Source of the DNA: Euglena gracilis
Lineage: Eukaryota
NCBI GenBank assembly: GCA_039621445.1
Contig: CP154954.1
Coordinates: 31,458,012-31,522,011 of the forward strand
DNA: 64,000 bases
Direction: 5' to 3'
This document shows positions 48,215 through 60,200 of this stretch, piece by piece. The translations under genes and the position numbers were made by a program. The notes below the pieces were generated by a model. That model made no database searches and was not told where the DNA came from. It was given only the letters and a program-made list of their open reading frames with translations. Positions within the stretch are counted from its first letter, which is position 1, and each line of letters opens with the position of its first letter.

Positions 48215-51200
48215 AATGCGCATCCGCGCATTTTGGACACGGAGTGCACAGGTGCGCATTCCGGACACTCCACACGGCATGTGGAACACGGGCGACACAG
48301 GGAAGCCTGGACCTGGGTGTGACACCTTGTGTTCACCGATGTGTGCTGATGGCTTCTGGGGGCCTGGTGAACCTGGGATGAGCAAGGGAGGGAACACCTT
48401 GCAGCCACAGAGACACAGCCCTCCCAAGGTCAAAGCAATGGGGGTGTCACTGAGTGTCAAGCAGGCACCTATGGTCATCCAGGATCCCAAACCCAGTCAC
48501 GCCCAGTCACGCCCAGTCACGCTAAGAGAAATCCCAGTCTATCCAAGCTTCAAGCAGACGTGATGCCGAATGACATGATGCAGAATTTCGCAAAGCAACA
48601 AAATAAGTGAGGGTCTCTCGGGTCTGCAACTCAGTCATGCAGTTTGATGGAAAAGAGATGGCGGTTAATGTAAATGAAGGTTATTGCTGAGAGAGTGTCA
48701 TTGTGCATATTCAAGCGGTCATCCGTCTGGATGATGGGCAATGATGCTTTCATCCATGAATCAAACGATCAGTCTTGCTTCCCATCAGAAAAACTGGGCT
48801 CAGATTCAGTGGGTTACCCCCCGCGGGATCCACGACCTTTTTCTGGCAAGCCCAAATTTTCCAGCATTTTTCTTTTTTCCAGCGACGCCTTGACGGGAAT
48901 CCCCAAAACCTTGTGGTGGAAGTGTGGTGCTAGGGGGGAGGGGGCACACACCCACCCCTGTATACCCCCCATATCCAAGCATCACAACCGACATGCCCAA
49001 GGAGCGAAAACGTTCGCTCAGCTTATTCAAGCACATCTAATCAACCAGTCACACCCAGTCACGTCAAGTCACCGCACCTTTCAGGGTCCTCGAACCCAGT
49101 CACGCCCAGTCACGCCCAGTCACGGAACCCCACCTATGGGGGTCCTCAAACCCAGTCACGCCCAGTCACGCCCAGTCACACCCAGTCACGCCCAGTCACG
49201 CCCAGTCATATCATTGGTGCTTGGTGTCAAGGCCGAAGAATGCGCACCTGCGCATTTTTTGGAAACCCAAAAGAATGCGCAGGTGCGCATTTTTTGGTAT
49301 GGACACAGGCTGTGGGAAGGGGGAATGCGCACACGCGCATTGACGTTGAAGGACACACTGGGTATGGCCTGTTGTTTGCCTGCCTTGAATCTGAGCTGTG
49401 CACCGCTATGATGTGGTTTTGGGCTTGCAGAACATGGGTGTGTGAGGGGGAGATGAACCAACAGAATCACCCTGGGCAACCATGTCGCTGTACCAGACCA
49501 CACCCTGAAACACCACACCTGCAGCAGCATGAAAAACCCTGGGCTCGGCGACGGCAGGTGTCAAGGCACGAATTGATGTCCTTCAGTGACAGGGGAACTA
49601 ACCCCCTGCAGCGCAAGTCACCAAACAAATCAGAATGCGCACCTGCGCATTCCACTTCACCCGCTGCATCCAGTGCCCAGCTGAGTCACACTGCTCTAAT
49701 GAACGTGCGGAGCAAGTCACAACGCACATGCAACCGTCCACCACCTGGGGGAGGTGACAGGGAGGCTGCTGCCAGCGTTGTCCGACCCCACGCCCCAGAG
49801 CGTGCATGGCAGCACACAGCCAATTGGCTCCCTGAACAACCTTATGTTGGGCTGCAGTGCACGGTGCCAGGAGCACTGTGTCCCACAATCAGGGTCAACG
49901 CAGGGGGTCGTGTCTGGTTCCACACACAGTGCTCACGGGGTTGGCACCTCGAGAGCGAAACACGCCTGTCGCCACCTTCGGCATCATTCCCAAAAACGGT
50001 CTGTAAACACAGAAATAATTCACAATCCAAATGGACTCAAAGAAGCGAACACCACTGGTTAGTCCTTGCCCCAAATTTTCTCCAGGCCCTTGAGATCGTG
50101 AGACAGGCACAAGCACATCACAACAAAAACTTGCCGATAAACCCAGGAATTTTTTTCGTTCTGCTTTTTCTGTGTATTACACTGTGTCGTACCAAGGGAA
50201 AATGGATGAGAAAGGGACTTCATTGCCCGAGGAAATTCCTCAGTGACGGGCACCCTAATTCCCAAATGTGGTCAGCAGTCCTTCATGGCATGAGGGAAAA
50301 GCCGGTGAATGCGCACATGGCAAAAAATCGTCCTGTGCCTTTCTTTGAATGACAGCCACACCGTCGAATATTTTCACTCCCAGGTGGGCATGCCACCACC
50401 CACGCCAACTCCCCCCGCCTGGCCTGGGTTTGAAACCACACGGTTGAAGTGCAGACCTCCCTGTGAGGATCCAATGGTGTCCGAGGACGAGGCAGCCCTG
50501 GGGCGAAACACGGCAGAGGATGACCACCACCTGTGACCTTGTTGGCAAAAAACGTCACCCACCACACAGAACCCTTTTTTATCATGTACTCAGAGTCGAC
50601 GCTCCAACACTGCAAACTGCACAACCCCTGGTGGCTGCGAAGACCAAGGAAAGCACATGTGAACACACTTTCTCCACACACTCCATCCGCAATGGCTGCA
50701 GTCAAACATGGCACATCGGGGTGAATGCGCACATGCACATTCCCTCTTGTGTCTCCCCTTCACCACGGCACATCACCATGTGCGACCACCTGTGTTCAGG
50801 TCTGCCGTTTGGGATGGGGTGCTGGGTATGGAAGGGGGGGCTGGCTTGCACTCTTCTCCTGTGTGTCACTGGTTTTAAAAGCTACGGAGCGGAGCCCCAC
50901 TTCAACGCTTTTTGCCACAGACAACACCCTCCAGAACAGCCCTCACAAACGATGTAAAATGGCTCCTCTCCGAGGTTGCATGAGGCACAAGAATGCGCAC
51001 GCGCGCACTCTTGAGGCCATTCCTTCGCTGGCTGGCTATGATTCTATCTGCAGGAATGCAGGAGGGGAGCAGCGCTGGGCATCCACAAGAGTGCGCCTGC
51101 GCATTCCGTGAGGGGGAGTGCGCATGTGCGCATTCTCTGTGTTGTGGGGAGCTGTGTCCCGCACTCCTGAACCCAGTGCCAGCACAGCGTCGTGGCAGGG

Positions 51201-51735
51201 CAACCCCCATGGTGCACTGCTGGCCTTTTTGTCAGCGATTTCAGAGGCGTCTCATTGCACAGGAGGATGCCGCCAGAGTAGGGTGTATGTCTCCCAGGCT
51301 GTGCCTCCACCTTGTGTGCTGAGTTGTTGGGCATCGCCCTGCCTATGAGAAGGCACATGCGGAGCAGACTGCATGCGCCACTGGAGGGATGCTGTGCCTG
51401 CAAGTGTCAAGGAGGGGTGCAGTGCACCGTGTGGAATGGTAAACAGCACGCGGCCTGAGGAGGGTAACGAGCCCTCCCTTACAGACATCTGGTCTTGATT
51501 TTAACACACACCCCCCACCACTCTCTGAATGCAGACTACACGCACACACCAAACATTCGCCAGCGCCCCCTCGTGCCCTGCTCCCAACACAGGGCACAGA
51601 ACCTCCTCTCCACTCTAACCGCAGAGACCACGGTACCCCCTTCCCACAACCACCCCCGGGAGCCACAATAACCGTCCAAAACTTCAGGAAAAGGCCAGGA
51701 CGGGGAGGGGGGTGAATGCGCACCTGCGCATTCAC
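48215..51735. repeat. Intergenic region with about 12 dispersed GAATGCGCACCTGCGCATTC palindromes and CCCAGTCACG decamer arrays
   Basis: Motif near 48217, 48244, 49238, 49273, 49323, 49633, 50307, 50723, 50991, 51089, 51116, 51714; decamers at 48492-48521 and 49040-49208. Confidence 0.85.
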
Positions 51736-53956
51736 TCGGCACCACAAAACAGGGGGGACAGCGACAGGTACAACGCCTTCACCTGACGAGGGTTCGTCCT
51801 CGTAAAACAGTGTTTTGTGTCGCACCTACTTCGGCAGACGGGGGTTTTCCCTTGGTCCGCGGAGGTGCTAAACCGTCATTTTCAAAACGAAAAAAGTCGG
51901 TTTGCCCAGAAAAAAACCCGGGGGTCGAAAGCAGTGGTACCCATTTTGGTACCAGGGGTTTCAGCTGACGGGTGCGCCGCCCTGTCAAGTGATGGCGACA
52001 CACTTGGTCACAAAAGAATGTCAGGTGCGCAAAAAAACCACCAAAAATGAAAAGTGCATTCCCGGCCGTCAAAGAAAATTTCGGAAATATTTCCATTTTT
52101 TTTCGGAAAAATTTCAGGTACAATGTTGCCGGCAAGGTCACATGGCCGTCGGTTTGAGGGAGGAGGGACCTGTTTGCCATCTCTGATCGTCAGGTAGACA
52201 CAAGGCATCACAGTCTGGTCCTCTCCTGAGTAAATTGAAAACTACTGCTTGAAAGGGATGCCTGTGTTTGGGGGTTTTCATTTTTTGCGTGTTTTATTGT
52301 TCTCAAAATTGGTGTTTTTTTGTTGTTTTTGATCACCAAGATTCAACACATCAACAAAATTCAACTGTTGGGTGAAATGAACTGGGGGGGGACTTGAACG
52401 GGAACAAAAATGGTGTGGGAAAAATTGTAGACGAAAAATTTCGTCCAGGATTTTCCACGACTTTTTAAGGATCCGCCCAGAATTCTTTCTGGTAAGTTTA
52501 AGAAAAGTCCAATTTCCTCCAGTGAACACCAAAAAAATTCCTGCTACGCTTCGCACCGATCCTTGATATGTGTTTCTTGTTCCAATCACCTGTTCAAAAA
52601 TGTGTATTGATCATCCAAAATGAACGACTTTGGCGGATATGAAGAGGAGGAAGCGGAAAACCACTTCCACCAAAATTGAAGTGGAATCTCGATTTCTTGA
52701 ATGCCGCTTCCTGCCGCTTAGAATGACCAGGAAAAATCCTTGGACGGAGAAATTTCATAACTGATATTTCAGGGAAATCATTACAATTAGTGCCAAATCT
52801 CAGGTTTCCAAGAATTCAGAATCGTGGGATACACCAAAAAAAAAAGAAAAATCCTTAAAAAAAGTTAAATCTTAAACTCCAAATTGCAAAAAAAAATGGG
52901 AGTGTCAAGATTGAAGGCATCCAGGAATTTTCCCGGCATTTTAAGGATTCGTAATAAAAAGGGCAGTCTTAAACTGCAGCCCCGGGGGGATTTAACCGAG
53001 GTGAAAAATTGTGTTTAACAAGACCCAATTTTAGCTAAATTTAATCGTAATCCTAACCCTCACCCTGTTCTAACCCTAACCATGACCCAATAAACCAAAA
53101 CTTAACCTTAAGTCTTGGGTCGGCCGTCCATGTTACACCTGCGTTGAGGACATCGCCTTGGGAGAGTGAAAATTCAGGACATCACCAAAAGGGTGGTGTG
53201 GGACGCACATCCACAAATAAAATCCTCTTCATCGTTGAAGAACCACACAAGAATGGGATTGGTTCATAAAAACTCGGACTTTTATTTTGTTTGTTTTAAA
53301 TTGGAAGATAAATTTTGGGAGAAAAGGTGACAAAACTTTGGCAGAAACACAACCAAAACAAAATACGAACAATTAATACAAAATATTTCTCTTCAGAGTC
53401 ATCAGGGATTCATTAGGGATCTCTTAAAGGGTGGGGGACCTGTGTCCATTCCATGTTTCATCGCCACGAAATTAAAGGGTTAGTTTTTATTCCTGGCTTT
53501 TTTTCAAAAAAAAAATCATCTGAAACTCCCCCCGTTGTTTCTCTCAGGCTGCATTTTTATTGGCATTCGTAAATTAGCCCCTCCCCCCAGAAGATCAATG
53601 GTTTAGCAAAATCAGGACGAATTCTCAAACACGCCCGTTTTGCCGGCATTTTTATGAATTTGTTTTTTTTTTCAGGTTCTTGTTCAGGGTTCTCAAGAAT
53701 GGGTCCAGCCAAGGTTGGGGTTCGGTGGTCCGTCAAAACCAGGCCGAAATTAGGCCGAACTTTATCGGGCAATCGAGCAGCCTTTCAGGCCCACCGTTGG
53801 CAAGGAAGGGAGGGATGGCGGGACAGGAGATCGGCGGCAACGCGTGCGGGGGAGGAGTGGGTGAATGCTTTGGCCCCGTCTGAGGGTGCGGGGGAGGCGA
53901 GGGGGAGCGCGGCCGGCCGGGCCGGGGCCGCCTCACACTTCCCCCCGCCGGGGCGG

Positions 53957-54200
53957 TCACTCGCTCTCCCACATGTACTTCCGCTTGCGGTCCCCGCCAG
54001 GCCGGGTGTCCCGACCCGCCCGCCGGGGGCTGGGCCGGTCCGGGCCCCGCCCCCGGCTCCGCTCCCGCTCCCGCTCCCGGTCGCGGCTGCCGCCCCGCCG
54101 CACCGGCCAGTCGCCGGTGCTCGGGGACCGCTGCCGTGCAGTTCCGGGGTTGATGTGCGGGGAGGGCGGTCCGGGGCGTGGGCAGGGCGGGGGCGGCGGG
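53957..54200 (-). CDS. Gene 2 probable terminal exon (RDRERERERSRGRGPDRPSPRR...KRKYMWESE*)
   Basis: GC-rich R/E/D/S low-complexity frame ending in TGA; 5' boundary unresolved. Confidence 0.6.
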
Positions 54201-57200
54201 ATGCGGGGAACAGCGTTGCGCGTAGGTCGTGCGCCACATTGCAGGGGGAGAACGCAACGGAAAACGCAACGCAAAGAAATAACAAAGAAACACCAATTTT
54301 GCCAAAATTGAAAATCAAAAAAAACGGGTGAAACTGCATTTGCCACCCCCCCGCACCTAATTACTGCTCTGGGTCAGAAGCGTTGAAGAGGGCAAAAACT
54401 ACTTCTGCCGACGTTGCCCGGACAGCCCCTCGGGTGTTCATTGTCCCACTGGATGTGGGGATCCCAGCAATGCCATGGATGCAAATTTGTAAAGTCCACC
54501 CCCGAAATTGAGCCTCTTTCAGAGCAGCCAGCCGCAACTGCTCACCCTCCGACAGCAATGGACACAGCTGATCCACGCTTCCATTCCCGAGAAATCTGAG
54601 ACCCTGCCTTCGGGCCTGTACGGGAAAGGTTGATGAGGGAAGCCGACCCCCACCTGGGAGGGGGATGGGACACCCACCCCCACCACAGCACCGCAAAAGA
54701 AAAAATCTACCAGGTGGCAATTGGCTGCAACTTTTCAGCGGATCGCCGCAGCAGGGGTTGGCTGCCCAATAGGAACTGCTGGCTGGGGGGGGGGGACTGA
54801 TGGGATCCCCTTTTTTGCCTTTGGCTGAAGAAATCACCGTTTTCGGTCCGACCCCCACCCCCATCCTGGAGGACGCAGAAGGAATGCTTCTTTGCGGTGG
54901 GGGTGGGAAAGTCCCACCCACCACCGGCCGGGTTTCCCGGGTATTCAGCCCTGCCCCCGCTCCCACCGTTTGGAGACTGCGGGGCCCAAGGTGCGAAGAC
55001 CCCAATGCAGTGACCGCTGCTATGGCGTCAGCGTATGTGGAAGACCCCCTGGCGTTCGAAGCGGAACGGCCGGCTGCCTGAGCCGCCCCCCCGGCAGGCG
55101 GCCGGCGCCCGGCGGACCCGGGGCTGTGGCGGGCTCGAGCCGGCGACCGCGACCGTGACCGTGACCGCGCCCAGGCGCCGAGGGCTTCCCACGCCTCGTG
55201 TCGCCGCTGCAGGGTCAGAAGTTCAGTTCCCGGACGTTAGATCCGGAAAACCAAATCCAACGCTGTGAACGTCAGTCTGCCTGTGGATGAGGGCGGGGGG
55301 GGGGGGGCTGCTCCTCGGTGCCTGAGAGGGACCGGGATGGGGACCGCCGTGAGCGAGGGGGGTGGCGAGCCTGCGGAGGACACGAAAACAGGAGGCGGTG
55401 GTCATTGGAATGCAGCTCTGATCAAAATCAAACCAAAATCCCAGCAACACCGAGCCATGCCATAAAGAATACCAATCATCCCATCGTCTGCTAATACAAG
55501 CAGTGGCGTGTGCACAAAACTGCAAGAGGCAGCGTTGCACTTTTTTGAAGAAAAGATGGCGAAAATACACAAAATTAATTGCTGGCAGATTGCCATTTGC
55601 ACATTCAGACAGTCATCTTTCTGAACGGTTCGGCGGTTGGCAATGAAGCTTTCAACAAGGAACTGTTCCCCCTGAATTTCTGGATACTCAAATCTTTCAA
55701 TCATGCCCAGCCATGCCCAGTGATTGATTGGATTGGAGACTTTCATTCATTTGACCTGCAATATGGCCAAAAAAGTGGTCGACAATGGCCCAAAATGGGC
55801 AAAATATGCCCAATGGTGACCAAGATGACGGAAAACGGCCCAAAAAGGAAGGCAAAGCCCCAAATAGTATGAAACGGCCCAAATTGACACCAAAGAAAAA
55901 TGCGCAATATGCGGAAATGGTGGAATCAGGGTTTTTTTTAAGACCGGGGGCGGAGGGGGGGCTCCCCCCCACCCACCCACCCCCTGGGGGCCCCCCCCCG
56001 GGGGGGAGGGGGTCCCGGGGGACCCACAAAAAATGGCCGAAAAAATCGCGAAAAGTGCTAAAAATAGCATTTTTTTCGGCGCCTGCGGCGCCGAAAAGTA
56101 TATCCCACCCCCCTCCGGGGGGACCCCCCCTCCGGGGGGACCCCCCCCCGGGGGGGGGGGGGGGGGCTCAGCCGGACCCACCCACCCTACCCCCCCTCCC
56201 CCCCTGTGTGCACTGTGGCTGTTTTTTTGGTGCCTTTTATCCCTTCTTCTGGCCTGGCGCTGTTGTTCGCCTCTGGCACTTTTTGTCTGTGTGCGTGGAG
56301 GTGGCCGGAGCCTGGCGGGACCCCCCCCCCCGGGGGTCCACGACTAAAAAAAATCCCTGGGTGGAATATGCGGTAGAAAACTCCTGCAAAACCTCAAAAT
56401 ATGCACAAAACATGCGAAATGTGAGCGCCCCCCCCCCTTTTTCCCACCAACCACCTTGTGTACCGACCAACCCCTGGTCAGGGGTTGTAACCAGGGGGGG
56501 GATTATGCAACAAGGATCCTCAAAATATGCAATGCAAAAAATGCAAAAAAAATGCAAAGAAAAAGTGCAAAGAAAATGTCAAAAATGCAAGCCACCTGTA
56601 AATTCCTTTGAGGGCTCCCCAGGGCTGTACACATTTTTGCTGGAGAGGACTTCGAAAAAATTCACCTGCCCCAAAATGAAACACCAAAGGAACATATGCT
56701 GCAAACCTGCGAAGTGATATGGTTCGTTCACCTAGTTGCATCATCCACATATATTTCGGTATACAACTACTGGTAATGTGAAATTGGTCAAAAAAAGTGA
56801 GGCATGCAACTACCAGTTGTCCGAAAGTGGAGAAAGTTTGCCTTTACAAACACCCCCAAAAAAATGGAAAGGCAAAATATTCAAAAAAAATGCAAAAATG
56901 AGCCTTTTCACAAATTTTCCACTATGCATAAAAATGCAAATTATGCACCTTGCACATTCCTCCCTTGCTGTAACCCCCCAAATTTAAGCAACCCATCCAA
57001 AATTAAGTGCCCCCCACCACTGGGGTCTTCAAGCAATAGCCCGGAAGTCAGCGATGAAAGAAAGGGGTGTGATTTCTAAAACAAATGATATTATAAGTAC
57101 CCCGGCCAAAAAAAAATAGTGAAATGCGCTATATATGCGGAAACGTAGGCAAAATATGCACACCCATATATCCCCGGGGGTCCACTGGCTAGCCAATTTG

Positions 57201-60200
57201 CTAGACACTGGAAAAAAATGGACCAGCTGGTCCCCCCCCCCCAGGGTCACCTCGACTGGAAAAAATATTTTGCTAGCTAGCCCTGCTGGCGGACCCCCCC
57301 CGGGGGGGGGGGTACACAACGATTTCCAGTTGTCAAATTTGGAATAGTTGCAGTCCAGCCCCCCAGGGGGGGGGGGTACTGCGAATCCTTGAGCAATAGA
57401 CTGCAGTTCAAAATCTTCACAGGGTGCTGCAGGCAATCAGAAAGAAAGCAAAGGGGTGGGCCTGTCACTGGACCTCCAGAACACTGCTTGGCACTGGCAG
57501 TTGCCATGCAGGAAATGTGGCGGACAAGACCAGGGGTTTCGTGTATTTTGGGTAACATCTTATTTTTCCCGGGGGGTCAACCGGGGAGGAATCGCAACTT
57601 GGCGACATGTTTCGGAGGGCCAGAAACACCAAATTTTGACCCCCAGGTTTCAACAACGACAACAACTGGAAAATGGGGAAGATCCACAGACATAGGGTCG
57701 GCGTATCCCCCAACGCGTTCCAGGCGTCATCATAAAAATCCGATGTTGTTGGGGGACCCAGACACCTTCAAGGGCAGGTCACTTGGATGTGTTTTTAGAA
57801 ACTTGCCGTAAAAACACGATAGCATTTTTTGAGCCCCAAGTCGTCAAAATTTTCTGAACCTTTTCTGAACCGTTCGATTTCCCATCCTAAATTTTGTCCA
57901 CCCAATTTTCTACAGCTTACCCCCAATATCCCCAGGGCTTTCCCTCTGACCGGTCCAAACCTGAAATCAACAGCCTGCTTCAGAAGCAGGCTGAACGGGG
58001 AACATGGAAATCATATGGTGGGGGTGGGGGTGGAGTGGGGTGGGGAGCCCCCCCCCCCCAACACCTCCCCCACTTATAACTCGCTGAGTATTATAGAATC
58101 TGGTTTGGTGGTTGTCTCTAGGGGGTGTAAGTTGAGGCTCAGTGGAGCCACAAAAAAAACGCCCTCTTTGCCCAGGGTTGCTGTGGGAGGGGGCAGTGCA
58201 TTTGGTTGCTGCCACAGCCGGCCGCGGCTGGCTATGGCTGCATCAACCGCCATTTGGTGGCCGGCCACCGCTGGCCGCGGCTGCTCGCCGTTCCGACCAA
58301 CGCATTTCTGGGGCGGATGGATTTGGCCCCGCCGCGCTGTTCGCGGCCAGCTTGCCGTCGGCTGCGGTCAACTGCGAGTCAGCTGCAGCTACCCGTGGCG
58401 AGGAAAACTCCAACCAGCCTGGTTGCAACGGGTCGTCTACTTTCCAGCCAGTCAAAAATCCGTCCCTGGCCTGGTTGGGTTTTGTACAACTGCAGCTGAC
58501 TACAGCCAGCCAAGGTTTCGACCAGGCCTGACCATCGATGGCCGTGGTGTTGCCACGGACGGCAGTTGACAAACAGAGAACTTCAAAGCGATGACAACAA
58601 TTCGAAATATTTGCAAACACATTCTGCATTCTTTCCTGACCTCATGTGATAATTTGTGTGTGCGCGCGTGTGTGTGGGTATGCGTGCCCAGTTTGCAATC
58701 TAAATGACTTGGATTGTTCATCAACGGAGGAAACCAAACTCGAATTTTGGATGATTTTTTGTTCCTTTGCACGAATTGTGCAAATTAAGTCAAGGTCCAG
58801 GTTTTGGGGGTCCACACCCACCCACCCACCCTTGGGGATCCCCGGGAGGGGAGATGGAGGGACCCCCGCTTTGAAGGGTCAATTTTGGACTCAAAAAAAA
58901 GTTTGGCGCTTCCGCCAAAAATAGAGGTCACCCTCCAGGGGGTACCCAATCGGCCAACCCCCACCCTCCTCCCCCAGGTCCCAAAGCTTAAAAAAAAAAA
59001 ATCTGGTGGTCGGAGCCACAAACTTCTGGCTGCACTGTGGGGGGGGGGGGGGGCGATGCCCGAGCAACACCATGGCGGCACACCTCCCGGTCAGGCCGGG
59101 CACTGGTGGGCTGGACCGTCGGGTTCCGGGCGGCCGCGCTCATGGAGACGGAGACAGTCAGGGTGAAGCGGCCGACGCCGACGTGCCCATCCAGCTCTGG
59201 ACATGCGTGTGGGATGGGGGTTGACAGACGACAGCAAACAGCGTGGACCGGCCCTCCCAGCTCTCCGCGTCGGGTTTCACAGATAAAGATGAATGATCTT
59301 TTGTTTCCCTTGTTGGACTTCTTCCAAACGAATTCTCCTCTGGACGGGACAAATGTGGGCCAAGGAGAATTCTCCGGAGTTGCACCCTTTGTTTCATTCA
59401 ATCCGGGTTCATCGGCGCCTTCGGCGTTTTAACACATCATGAGAAGCGTACCGAACATGAGCTGTGGAGTCAGGAGGTGTGCGCACATGCACGAGCGCGT
59501 AAACGCGTGCATGCAGCTGCGCGTGCACATCCACATGTGTGTAAATGCGGCTTAGGAAGCGTAAATTACCCAAGTAATATCTGTATATAATAATATATAT
59601 AACAAGGAAATGACTCGAACACCCTGAAAATGGCCACTTACAACGAGTTCACAAGGTCTAGGTGGGTGGATGCTGGCGGGTGGGTGGGTAGGTGGGTGGG
59701 TGGGTAGGTGGGTGGCCGGTGGGTGTTGGTGTGGATGGATGACATGGTGTCATATGCAAATCTGGCAACCCGCTGTCGATCATTGTCACCCACACCTAGG
59801 CACTTCCGAAAGCTATCCCAGGCATGGAAGGTGAAGAAGCCGTAGTGCTTGGTGTGCAACGTATCCCGGATGACCTTCTGGTGCATCAGTGGACCGCACT
59901 GGGTGGTGAGGAACGACATGATGTCCTCATCCGACAGCAATGTGTCCAGCCCTAAAGAGTGGTAGCAACACCCTGTGCAGAAGGTCGACGTCCAACTGCG
60001 GTACACAGCTACAACAGACTACAAATCACAAGTGTGTACAGCCCAGTTTACAAACAGATACCTTTGAGGAGAAATACAGGAGAAGTTTGGAAAAAATCAT
60101 CCGTGTACCAAAGTTCCATCACGGTAGTTATTTCAATCAGCTCGACAATACCAAAGGAATTGAACCTCCCTGCCTTTGGGGTGCTTCTGAAAGGGCAGGT

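Noticed and set aside
48492-49208. CCCAGTCACG as M13/pUC vector contamination
   Set aside because: Only a tandem decamer; the adjacent lacZ-alpha sequence is absent
49240-50352. 370-aa plus-strand ORF
   Set aside because: No recognisable domain or splice signals; lies in palindrome-rich repeat DNA
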